A DNA stretch of 64,000 bases from Paragordius varius (lineage: Eukaryota > Animalia > Nematomorpha). The notes beneath the pieces were generated by a model that did no database searches, was not told where the DNA came from, and was given only the letters and a program-made list of their open reading frames with translations. Made by a program: the position numbers and the translations under genes. Position 1 is the first letter of the stretch. Each line of letters starts with the position of its first letter. Positions 51,037-62,463 of the stretch are shown here, in pieces. The stretch covers positions 930,001 to 994,000 of the forward strand of contig OZ176052.1 of the NCBI GenBank assembly GCA_964247055.1, read 5' to 3'.

Positions 51037-52146
51037 CACTTGGTTGCAACTAGGGTTGTGCATTTGACTGCTTTATCAAAAAAGTCCGGTCAGACCCAGT
51101 CAGACCGTGGTCATGACCACTTTTTACAGTAAATAATGAGTGGATTGTGAAAATAATGTTCTAACTTTCGTTTTACTAATAATTTCTTGAAAGTTTTTAT
51201 TATACATTTTTTGATATTAATTATTTACAAATATTTTCAATCAAATTTAAACAAGAATTTTGTTTTCAGATAAATTTGCCACATGTTTGTGGCCTTCTAA
51301 ATCCTAGTTTGTTTTACACTTTCTTTCATCATTGTATGATCCAATTATAAAATGTTATTTCATTTTATTGGTTCACATATATGGAATAATTGTATATTCT
51401 GCAAAGTGTTTGATTTTATTTTTCGAAATAACTGGATATGGTTAAATGCTAATGTTATAACAATGCAAGTTTAACAATTTTAAATTGTTAAATAAACATA
51501 TTTAACTTAATTTATATTTTTTTAAAAAATATATTAAAATTTTTCAAAAACAGCTGTTTTTTTAAATGACCGTGGTCAAAATAAATAAGGGTCACGACTT
51601 GGTCAGCACAACCCTAGATGCAACACATTCATTTCAGTCCTTCAAATTGGGGTAGTTAAATGCCCAGGCTTGTTAAAAATTAAATACTTTAAATAGGAAA
51701 GGAATCGAAACCATGACAAAAGTTAGCACTTAACATTAATAAACCGAAATATAACAAAAAATTCAAAAATTTGAAATCATTTATTCAGAGGTAAAACAAA
51801 GGTAAAAATTTAGATAAAATTCTATGTGTGCATAACTAAACAAAATAATGCAAACTTTTCTGATTATAATAACGTTAAATGTAATTTTTATATAAAAGAA
51901 TTAATTTTAGGTTTATAATCAAATAAACACGATATTTTGCAAAAATATAGCAAACTAAAAATGGAGTCCAAGTAATATGATACAGAACTTTTTTCCAAAC
52001 CTAAATTTTATTAAGATCTTTTGACTTATTTATAAAATTTTAATTGGGAGGATAAATTTAAAGTGCAACCGTTTCTTTCATTTTTTTCAAATTATCAATT
52101 AAAATAATGTCTGGGGTACTTAGATAACCCAATTTGAATCAAAGTA
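51037..52146 (-). mobile_element. piggyBac-type MITE interrupted in its terminal repeat by a hAT MITE
   Basis: TTAA-cacttg at 51033-42 resumes as acattcatttcagtcc after 51624; ends near 52146. Confidence 0.8.
51051..51616. mobile_element. hAT-type MITE, 566 bp
   Basis: TIR TAGGGTTGTGC...GCACAACCCTA, 8-bp TSD gttgcaac/gatgcaac (7/8), clustered GGTCA/TGACC subterminal motifs. Confidence 0.85.
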
Positions 52147-52633
52147 TCAGGATGTTCCAAGACACTTTAAAATGTATTTCTAAAAAGTGCGGCATATTAG
52201 ATGTTTCTATCTTACAAAGTGTACATAAATAAATATCATAATATACATTTATATATATATTTTCCAATAGAAAAATGTAAGTCTCATGGTGCTTTTACTT
52301 TTGGGGCTTAGAAGTATATTAAGAAAGTTAACACTTGTGGTAAGTGCTCCATATTAGAAATTGGCAAAATTTGAGCATATTGTTTGTAATAATTTTTTTG
52401 AAAGCTTGAGCTTATTCCAAAAACTATCATTAAAATATATCATAAAGAACTTTCAAAAACAGTATTTTATTTTTTAATTGTTACATGTGGGATCCTTTAG
52501 TCCCAAATACTTTGCTCTTCAAAGGGTTAGCTCTTTTAAAATAAAAAATGCCGTTAGCTAAATCTAAAAATAATATAAATAAACCACTTCTTATGCATCA
52601 ATGTTAGACGTGATATAAAAAAACTAGCTTTAA

Positions 52634-53194
52634 CACTTGGATACAACACATTCATTTTAGTCCTTTGATTCAAATTGGGGTATCTAAATACCCCAGGCCT
52701 GTTTAAAATTATCTTCATGGAAGGAATCGAAACCATGGCAAAATTTTGCACTTATATAACATTAATAAACCGAAATATATAAAATATTTTAATCAAAAAT
52801 ACTTGATATTACTTATTTTGAGCTAAAACTGAAAGGTAAAAATTTAGTCAACGTGACATGTGTCAAATTGTAAAAATAAAAAATAATACAAAATAAACCG
52901 CTTTTTCTATTTCTATCAATGTTAGATGTAATTAAAAAATAACTTTAATTTTACTCTTAAAATTAAATGAGGACGATATTTTGCAAAAATTTTGTAAAAT
53001 AAAAATGGGGTCGAAGCAGTTTGACATGGAACTTTTTTTCAAAACAAAATTTTATCTAGATATTTTTGCATTTTTATATAATTTTTATTTGGATAGAAGC
53101 ATAAATTTAAATTGAGACCGTTTCAGTAGTTTTTTAAAAACCCTAAATCAAATTTAGTCTGGGGTATTTAGAAACCCCAATTTGAATCGAAGTG
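52634..53194 (-). mobile_element. piggyBac-type MITE, full copy, 561 bp
   Basis: TTAA at 52630-33 and 53195-98; reverse complement of the 27268 copy. Confidence 0.85.
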
Positions 53195-53214
53195 TTAAAC
53201 TTAGCTACGGTATT

Positions 53215-53894
53215 TCGCAAAATAAAAATGGCGTCGAAGCATTTTGATATGGATTTTCAAAACTATATTTTATATGGATATTACGGCTTATATATGATAT
53301 TAATTAGGATAGAAGCATAAATTTAAATGACCGTTTTTTTCAGTAGTTTTCAAAAATAACTCATTTATAGTCTGCAGTATATAGATACCCCAGACTAGAT
53401 TTAAATTACGATTATTAAAAAAATACTTAAGGAAACGGTCCCAATTTAAATTTATGCTTCTATCAATGCCAAAATATTTAAATAAAATGTTTTGAAACAA
53501 AAGTTTCATGTCAAACTATTCCACACCATTTTTATTTTACAAAATATTTGCAAAATATTTGGATTGTGTTCATATAATTTTAATAGTAAAATTATAGCAA
53601 TTTTTTTTAAATCACATCTAACATTAATAGAAATAGAAAAGGTTCTTTATTTGGTATTCGATTTTACCATACTACACATGTCACGTTGACTAAATTTTCT
53701 TACCTTTGGGTTTTTTAAGTATTATCAATTATATTTGAATAAATTTTTTTATATTAATGTTATGTAAGTGCATTTTTCCATAATTTTGAATCCTTCCATA
53801 TCTTATAAAGTATTTAATTTTAACAGGCCTAGGGTATCCAACTACCCCAATTTGAATCGAAGGATTAAAAATAATGAATGTGTTGTATCCAGTG
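53215..53894 (+). mobile_element. piggyBac-type MITE whose left end is replaced by an inverted duplicate of its left arm
   Basis: Reverse and forward left-arm sequences meet at the GGGGTATCTAAATACCCC-type palindrome near 53371-53395; normal right end plus TTAA at 53895. Confidence 0.7.
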
Positions 53895-53959
53895 TTAAAA
53901 TACTTGTTTGCAACTTAAATTGTGTTTTGTTTATAAAAATTCACCAAAATCGGAAAGTA

Positions 53960-56010
53960 AAAATTCTGAAGCGATAGAATTCAGCATGATCAAAAATTTT
54001 TGAATAGCTAAAAGCGTCGTTTCCATCATGCCTTATAATAGTAGAAAATACGCTTCAAAAAATTTTGCTGAAAATAAAATTTTTGCAAAAACTATGCATT
54101 TTTTAAAATATATTTTTATGTCAAAATTTAGCATAGATTTAAAAATTTTATAAATTTCGGCATTCTTGCGTTTATTTCAAAAGAACTAACCAGTTTTAGA
54201 CGAGCAAAATTTGGGACTTACGGACCCTAGATCTATACATTCCAATATATTGTTTTGCTTTTTATAAGTAGTTTATGCATTTTAACGATATTTGGAATGA
54301 CCCATTTAGCTTTCGTCAAAAATATGACAAAAAATTTGGTCAAATTTTGCCATTTGATAGGGAGAACTTAGTACAAAGGTGTAAATAACTTTCTTATATG
54401 TCCCGTAAAGGCAGAAATCAAATTTGCACACTGTATTATTTAAAATAACCTAAATAATCTAAAACCAAAGTATAAAAATTACACCCCCAATATCTGGGTA
54501 AAAACTATCCAGACGTACTATATAAAAATCCACCAGAATTCTCATAATGCTTTTGGTTTAAGGGGTTATAATTTTTTTGGTAACTAAATGCTTTATTCAA
54601 AAAAATATAATAAAATAAACGGAAAAATTAAAGTTGAGCGATGACTGTATATATGCTAAATTTTGACATCAGATATTTTTTATTTATATACAAAATTTAA
54701 TTTATAGAAAAATTTGGGCCGAGTTTTATGGTATTTTGAAGCATGATGGAAATGTCATAAAACGCTTTATGATATTATAAAAACACTTTTTCTATGTAAT
54801 TTAATGATTCTGAACATCAGCACCTTAGACTTTTAACTTAAATGTTAGTTGCTTTTAGGTGTGGGTGTATTTTTGTAAAAAAACAATCAACTAACATAAA
54901 TTTTAGTCAATCCAATATTTTAATCAAAAAGCTGATCGTGTTCAGCATCATTGATTTCTGTAGAAAAAGTTCAAAATAACATGAAGTACGCTTCAACATT
55001 TTTCTAATAATTAAATTTTTGAGAAAAGTATGCATTTTATTAAAAATATTTTTAGTTGATATGAAAATTTAGCATATAATTAAAATTTTAGCCCGCAATG
55101 GCATTTTTGCTATTTTAAGTAAACAGCCAATTTTATAAGGGCGAAAAATTTTGGGACTTTCGGTGCCCAGACATCTAAAAACTAAAATTTGTTAAAAATA
55201 TTGTTTGCCTTTTATAGGTAGTTTATGATATATTTTAGTGATTTTGAAATGAAACATTTAGCTTTCGCCAAAATTTAATAAACAAAATGTAAACAATTTT
55301 GCCATTTGTAATTAAGCAGTTACTATAAATGTGTAACTATTTAAATTCTATATTGGAATAACTATTAAACCCAGACCATTTTATATTAATATTATTGAAA
55401 AAATTATAGGGACGAATTTAAGTTTAAATTTCTTCACTTTTGTGGTAGTGTTTAACGTGAAAAATGGCATACTTTGCGCACCCTTTTATAAATACAGTAA
55501 AAATTGAAATATACGGACAAAAGGTAAAAATATAATATTTTTAAGAAATACAGCCACATTTTTAAATCTTGAATTATAAAATTTAAATATTGTCAAAATT
55601 TGCAAAGTATGGAATAGAGATGTATATTGGTAACACAATCAATTTATGGTTGTCTTTTAGAAATATGTCTTTATAATTTTTCTTTTGTCCGTATGATTGC
55701 AGTTTTTACTGTAAAAATCTATTGGTAAAAGCTAAATGCTTCATCCCAAAAAACACACTAAAATATATCATAACTAAAAATAAAAATTTTGATTTTTTGA
55801 TGTCGGTTCCGAAAGTCCCAAATATTTTCGCTCTTAAAAAATGGACTAGTTCTCTTATAAACGTAAAAATGCCAATATCATGCGAACATTTTTTTAAATA
55901 TATGCTAAATTTGATATCAACTATTTTTAAAAAAATTTATATTTAAATTTTATTTAGCAAAGTTGTGTTGAAGCGTATTTTATACTATTTTGAGGTGATG
56001 GAAACAGTAT
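53960..56010. repeat. Old dispersed repeat family, four diverged copies in alternating orientation (about 53960-54420, 54560-54830, 54940-55340, 55720-56010); another near 30170-30330
   Basis: Shared motifs aaaatttagcata, aaatttgggactt..gg, catttagctttcg and tacgcttcaa. Superfamily not identified. Confidence 0.55.
55495..55711. mobile_element. MITE family A copy
   Basis: Same TIRs and internal tgcaaagta...atagagatgtatattggtaacacaatcaat core. Confidence 0.85.
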
Positions 56011-58421
56011 AAAAACGGTTAATATATTATAAATGTATTTTAACATTTATAATTCGATATTGATCTAAATCGGGCAAAATTGGCCCACATTGTAAATGTT
56101 TTGGTGAAAACTAAAACCTACGCCCTAAAAGTCATATGAATCATAAACTAAATTTAAAAATTAAAATATTTAAACTAAATTTTGTATTCTTCCTAAACTG
56201 ACTACTTTACCAAAAAAACCTTTAAGATGGCGAGATTTCACGATAACAATTTTTAATTCATGCTATTGATTATACACCAAAATAGTCTGATCAGTATAAG
56301 CTAATTAGTTTTTACCGCTGTTTAGGATGTTCCGCTATATACCATATATCTAAAACAATTTTAAAACCGTTAATTTATTATGAAATCAATGATTAATTTG
56401 TTCCAACTATGGGATAGTTATGGACAATGAATACCACATTTACATTTTAAAATAAGCATATAGTTGGAATCTTAGTTGACTATAAAATTTAATGCAACGG
56501 TATCCTGGCACCAGGGGTCGCATTATCCCTAGCTGCTAATGATAATTAGGAGTCCAACAAGGAAATTTATAAACGGTATAGATCGATAAATAGAAATATA
56601 TTATATGGTTTATTTCTGCTAATATCATTGAACCAAATTTTCTGTGGTGAGTGCCCCTACAAGTCTGAATCAAACGCCGTTTGTTTTTAAACCGTTTCGA
56701 CGGGCAATTTCACTTAACAAGGGTGTATTCAGCGAGGCTTTAATATATTTATATCATTATCATTTTTTTATTAGGTACAAATTAAAATATTAATTTATTT
56801 ATTTTGCACATCTCATCTAAAGCTAATATATCAAATCTTTTAATTTGTAAATAAGTTATCGCACAAAAAAATGATGGATAAAAATGTCTAACATATAATG
56901 GCAATATACACTGTCATAACTCATTTTTTTTTAATTAGTAACAAAGGAAAACCGCTTTATTAATCCAAAATATCTGAGGCAGTTAATGAATGATATGAGT
57001 ATATAAAGAAAATAGGAAAACAATGGGAACATTTTTTTTAAAACAATTTCTTACTTATATAAACCCATAATTAATATTTATAATTATTATTACTAGAGTT
57101 TGGGGTAATTGTAAAAATATATAGTGTCAAGTTTTTTGGAACAAAACTGAAACAAGCCATATTTTACCATCAGAGTTTTGCTTTTATGCTAAAACATATG
57201 AGATTTTGTGTCCATATTAAGTGGACAATTTTCGCCCAATTCACCATTTATAAACCTAAGAAAAATTATATACAGACGGCTATCCTAACTTCAGTTAATT
57301 TTGTCTGCAGGTATTTTAGCCATTTATATTACTCTTTGCTGTAAATACTATCTGATAGTAATAAACAAGCAATTTATTTTAAGTCATACTGTACATGTTG
57401 GACAATAGAAAAACTTTTCCTTATATGTAACATATTAAATTACATATTAATATAAGAACATTTTTCGGAAAAGCGGTAATAAACATTGTTATGATATTTT
57501 TTACACAAATTTATGGATTAACGTTTTTAAAACATTGTATATATTTACCCAAAATAATTAAACAATAAAACGATTTTTTTAAATAAAAATCATATTCCAA
57601 TTACCATAACGCAAATTATAATTTCATGTACATGGTATAAATAAAATTATCAATTTTAGGAGAAATATTATTATTATACGTGACATGGGTTAGAGGTCGT
57701 AACTTGTGTTTAACATTTTTCCTAAATGCAATAAAATAAAAAATAATTATTTATTAATTTGTCTATTTGTTTAACCTGAGAAGGTATTTTCTCTGGTATA
57801 TTGGGGTGAGCAAAGGCCATTTTATAATTGTATTTTTTATTGTATCAATAATGTCAATTACCAATTGACACTATTGTCACTAATTAATAAATTGTAAAGT
57901 ACTCTTCAAATTATTTAACAATCAAAGGAAAAACATTCATTTGAACTCATACGCCCACCATTTTATTTAATAGTTATGAAAATTAATTAACCTTTCTATG
58001 TCGTTTTTATACCAGGTCAACTCTCTCCGACACATAAAACAATTGTCATATTTTCATGCCAAATTTTAATAGCTATGTTTTTTATCTAAAAATATTTGTG
58101 ACTTTATGCTATAAAACAATTTCGGGAAAATTAATTAATTTTAAATCAAAAAACTAATATAATATTTTAGTTTAATCTGGAGAGAGAGAGGGGGGGGGAT
58201 TATTAATTAACTTATATTTTAGCCATATATTTTGAACAAAATGTCAGTTACACATTCTCAATAAAAAGGCTTTTGCGTAAATCAAACGTATATTTTCTAT
58301 TTTAAGATAAAATGTTCGGTTATCTAAGACCATTGTATAGCGAAAAATGTAAATTACTTAAAATATTGAGTACCATGCTATTTTGTTACATTTTTGAGAC
58401 AATCAAATTATTTCACTACTA

Positions 58422-58695
58422 CAGTAAACATTGAAATTATACAGACATAACGTAAAAACTAAAATACAAATATTTTTTTTCAAAAAACCGATGCTCCTTT
58501 TTTAAATTTGATTTTATTACACGCAAGTATTAAATTGCATAGTATGAAATAGAGATGTAGATTGGTGGCAACACAATCAATTATTAATTTTGGAATAGTA
58601 TATAGTTAAAAATAGTATGGCTCGTTGTCTTTTGAAAAAAATATTTGTCTTTATGTTTTTACGTTTTGTCTATATGCAAATTTCAATATTTACTG
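58422..58695. mobile_element. MITE family A copy
   Basis: TA-CAGTAAA...TTTACTG-TA with the family core sequence. Confidence 0.85.
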
Positions 58696-59709
58696 TAAAT
58701 ATTCCATCTTAAAAGTGGTACCGAGTTTGGTTTATATGTATAAAAAGTAAACAAAACTAAATTAAAACAATATTATTGACCTTTATGTATGTTTCATACA
58801 CACAATAGTAATTTTTTTAAAAGTGAACAAACTCATTAAACATGAAATGATACAACTATGTAGTTACTAAAACAAAGTATGTATATATAATGGCTATTTT
58901 AATTTTTTATAAAAAAGTTGGTTTAACAGTTATATATATAAAAAACTTTTACATTTGCAGCTATATAGTAGCGTATGGTGTAAAAGAAAGTTTATCCGTA
59001 ATTAAATAAACAAAATTTATGTTAAAACTGCGGAAAATATATTATTTATTTTCAGCCAATTGTTGTTTTTTACCATACGCTAAGGTAATACATATTGCCT
59101 AAACTTTAACGTCATTGCGACTGAGAAAAAGGGGAAATAACACATAATAATAATTTGACAAAATCGCCCACTTTATATCTATCAGATTTTATCTAAATTA
59201 TAAATGATTTAAGATATATTATTATATGAGTGTGTTTTTATTTTAATATGCAATATATTTTGTTTGATCACATGAACACCTAAATTTTTTTTTCTATATA
59301 AGTATCGTAAAATAAAAGAAGAAGATTTATAAGGTAATGAATGGAAAAAAGTGTCCTATTTTATCAAACAAAATTATCACATTATTTTTTTTTCCATTTA
59401 ATTTTGACGGTTAGTTGAAAATGGATAGATGGAAGTTGTTTTAGCGTTTTTATAATATTCACGCAAATTTATCGTTTAGTTTTATAAAAGAAACCAAGCC
59501 TGTATCATGTAATGTGACAATAATGAAATAATGTCCAAATTATTGAATTCATGTTGATTTTACTAATTTCTCTTCTTATGTTATATTTTACATTCCCACA
59601 TAATAATTAATTAGTTTTGATAAACTGACAACTGACACAATTAATTGGGCAGTTTTGCGATTTTGCTCTTCAAACAAAACCATATAATTTATAATTTTAT
59701 CCAGTTGAC

Positions 59710-62463
59710 ATGGTTTCCCTAATTATCACCTTTATTCTGCTTTATGGATCTTTAGGGAATATAGTGGCCGCAGAAAATATGTATATAAACATATCTGATC
59801 TACATAATCTGTTGACATCATTGAGCAATAATTACGAATACTTACTAGCATCATCAAATATAACCTCTACACCAAACACTTTTTATTCGGGTAACACAAC
59901 AATTGTACAAAACAAGCTTATTCCAACTGAAATTACGCGAGACCCACGAATCATTCAAAATGTCCTCAGAAAAGTGGGAAAACGTCAAGCTTTGTCACGC
60001 CCCTATCATCATTCTGAGCGTGGATTAGATTTTTTGAATCCGGACCTAATCCTTGATATTTTGGCCGAACTCAAAATCACATTGGCTGAAAGGTTAAGGG
60101 GTGAGGATCCACCAGAACGCCATATCCCAGCCATTGAAGCGATTCAAAGAAGCTCTGATGAAAAACGACAGAGATATCTTGGGCCAAGGCGGCCTAATCG
60201 ACCACCCACTTACAGGAGAATAGGGGCTAGACGACCCAATAACATTGCAAGTTATACGACTACAGAGCGATATACTAGCAGCAGTACCACACAAGAACCA
60301 GGCCCACCCTTTGCAGAAGACAGTCAAAGACGGTATATTAGGCCACCCCAACGTAAGGAACATAGTAGCAATTTAAATCAACAATCATTACAACGAACCC
60401 CTAATGATAGACCACAAAAACCAGAAAATAATCAGGAACATCGTAAAAATATAGATTCAGAGAACAATGGCAGGCATGAGAAAAATATACATGTTGTTAA
60501 ACAACATGAACCTAACCCACTTGCAACTTATTCAGCAGTCACCATAAATGATTTACTTAAGCTTATTCGAGAATTTACGCTAACGTTACAAACCCCAGAT
60601 AATGTTGAACCTGTTAATTGGGAAGCCGCTCCTTCCAAAGATTCTCGTTTTTCCAAACAAACCAAACTACTTACCTGTCCTACCCATTTTAATGGCACCC
60701 AGGCAGTCGACACTAAAATTGAAAACGGACAAATTGATTATAAATTTATTGTAGAATCCCTGCTTTACATCTACAAGGTAACGCATCAAATTTTGGAGGA
60801 TTCAGTGTTTTATGTCATTAGCAAAGTTAATGACCGTCAACCGATAATTGCTAAGAAGGATGGGACAGAATATAATCCTCAAATACAAAACGATATAGTT
60901 TTTGTTAACAAACTGCTTAGTATGTATGAAAATGAACGGACACTCCATAATCATAACCCATTTGATCATCTGTTGTGGAATTTGTTAAAGGCTTTGAAGC
61001 ATTTCCTCGATCACAACGAGGAAATGTGTCATGAGCTGAGGAAAAGGGGTGGTCGGCACAGAGAAGCTATCGTAAAATCCCGCCATATCCATCCAAGTAC
61101 GTATTATGGGAATGGCGATGGATTTTCAGATGAATCAATCGGATATTTGTTTGGACTCAAGTGGTGTCTTCAAAGTATGTTTGAAACGTTAAAGAAATGT
61201 TATGTGAGCAATAACCCGGCTAAACCATTTAAACGCTCGTTCGAAGTCCTCAACTTTATACAACAAAACAATGAATACCTGACAAACGGATATGATTATA
61301 TTTTAAATCTTTGGCGTTTTTCATTGTGTAAAACTTCTGCTTCTACAAGAGACTCGGAATATGAAAAAAATTCAAAACACAGTAATCCATTACTAGATCA
61401 CCAACTAAAATCACATCTAAGCGATAAAAACAAATATTTTATACCCCACCACAAAGAAAAACGTTCACCCGAATTCGTACCAAGCCTAAGTCATGAAGAT
61501 AAACTTATACTTGACCAATTAAAAACAATGTTGGGTGTTGTGAAACGTATCAAAAATTATTTGATACGTTATAGAGATGATTTTGCCACGGTTTGTAACA
61601 AGCATAATTTTTTGACACACGTCATAACTAAATCACTAGGGAATAAGCATCCCCATCAAGTACACAATAAACATTCCAAAGGCAGTTTTCCAAATAATCC
61701 ATTTTCTTCAAAAGCTGAAGAAATATTGAGGGCCGTGGATTCTATTCTAAAATTAGATCGTTTGCCACACGTCAAGGATCCACATGCGTTACGTCAAATC
61801 TTGAATCAACCAATAGAGTCCTTGTTGGAAAATGGCTTTTTTGACCATTCTAAAACGAAAACATCCCCAATGCATCCAAATAAAGATCATTCTGACCATC
61901 CCCATGCACTCCATAAATTATCTCATGAAAGAGAACATCTTAGACGGATAGAACTAGCGAAATTACAACAACAAAACCAACCATCAACACATGACAAAAT
62001 TCAACACGAGGAGAATCTACTAAAGCATAGGAATGAGCCTATAATTCCCGGTCATCATGAAGCACATCGTAAAATTCGGCCACCTCAATCTTTTGTGGAA
62101 TATAATTTACGGAGAACGGACAAAAAACCAATCATACCCCTACACTCCCCCATAGATAATAATGTGGATCCGTACGAAGATGATTTGTTTGAATGGATCC
62201 CCATTCAACTTAAAAGGCGGCGACGTAAAAAACGACAAGAAAGCAGCCATCATCAAAACTCTTATTATGCTGCTTCTTCAAATAACGCGGCCTTATCATC
62301 AAATACGTATGCTGGAGGGAGGAGGCCTCAAGGATCACATCATCTCCTACAACCTGAATCCATAAGAAACCGCTTACCAGATGATTTGCCATCTGCGGGG
62401 TTGGGTCAAACCCTAGTAGCCATATACAAAAGAATCATTGAAGTATTACGAGAACCAATCTAA
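59710..62463 (+). CDS. Uncharacterised secreted protein, 917 aa, single coding exon, His/Asn/Pro-rich, several dibasic/furin-like sites
   Basis: 2754-nt open frame, far too long to be chance in this AT content. N-terminus MVSLIITFILLYGSLGNIVAA looks like a signal peptide. No domain recognised. Confidence 0.85.
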   Translation: MVSLIITFILLYGSLGNIVAAENMYINISDLHNLLTSLSNNYEYLLASSNITSTPNTFYSGNTTIVQNKLIPTEITRDPRIIQNVLRKVGKRQALSRPYHHSERGLDFLNPDLILDILAELKITLAERLRGEDPPERHIPAIEAIQRSSDEKRQRYLGPRRPNRPPTYRRIGARRPNNIASYTTTERYTSSSTTQEPGPPFAEDSQRRYIRPPQRKEHSSNLNQQSLQRTPNDRPQKPENNQEHRKNIDSENNGRHEKNIHVVKQHEPNPLATYSAVTINDLLKLIREFTLTLQTPDNVEPVNWEAAPSKDSRFSKQTKLLTCPTHFNGTQAVDTKIENGQIDYKFIVESLLYIYKVTHQILEDSVFYVISKVNDRQPIIAKKDGTEYNPQIQNDIVFVNKLLSMYENERTLHNHNPFDHLLWNLLKALKHFLDHNEEMCHELRKRGGRHREAIVKSRHIHPSTYYGNGDGFSDESIGYLFGLKWCLQSMFETLKKCYVSNNPAKPFKRSFEVLNFIQQNNEYLTNGYDYILNLWRFSLCKTSASTRDSEYEKNSKHSNPLLDHQLKSHLSDKNKYFIPHHKEKRSPEFVPSLSHEDKLILDQLKTMLGVVKRIKNYLIRYRDDFATVCNKHNFLTHVITKSLGNKHPHQVHNKHSKGSFPNNPFSSKAEEILRAVDSILKLDRLPHVKDPHALRQILNQPIESLLENGFFDHSKTKTSPMHPNKDHSDHPHALHKLSHEREHLRRIELAKLQQQNQPSTHDKIQHEENLLKHRNEPIIPGHHEAHRKIRPPQSFVEYNLRRTDKKPIIPLHSPIDNNVDPYEDDLFEWIPIQLKRRRRKKRQESSHHQNSYYAASSNNAALSSNTYAGGRRPQGSHHLLQPESIRNRLPDDLPSAGLGQTLVAIYKRIIEVLREPI

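Noticed and set aside
27667-53977. Recurrent short ORFs with NRPGV..YPNLN.RTK (27667, 29863, 52554, 53768)
   Set aside because: They are translations of the same non-coding piggyBac-type MITE end, with variable frames and stops, not a gene family.
56550-56646. AG...GTGAGT-bounded open 97-nt segment that would splice in frame to the acceptor at 59704 before the 917-aa ORF
   Set aside because: No start codon, no homology, and it would displace the signal peptide. Could be a UTR exon but cannot be supported without RNA data.
8717-62392. Short antisense or alternate-frame ORFs overlapping the real CDSs (e.g. 8717, 8921, 11394, 13809, 14672, 19734, 32877, 44542, 44783, 48740, 60094, 62210)
   Set aside because: Shadow ORFs expected opposite coding DNA; no independent motifs.
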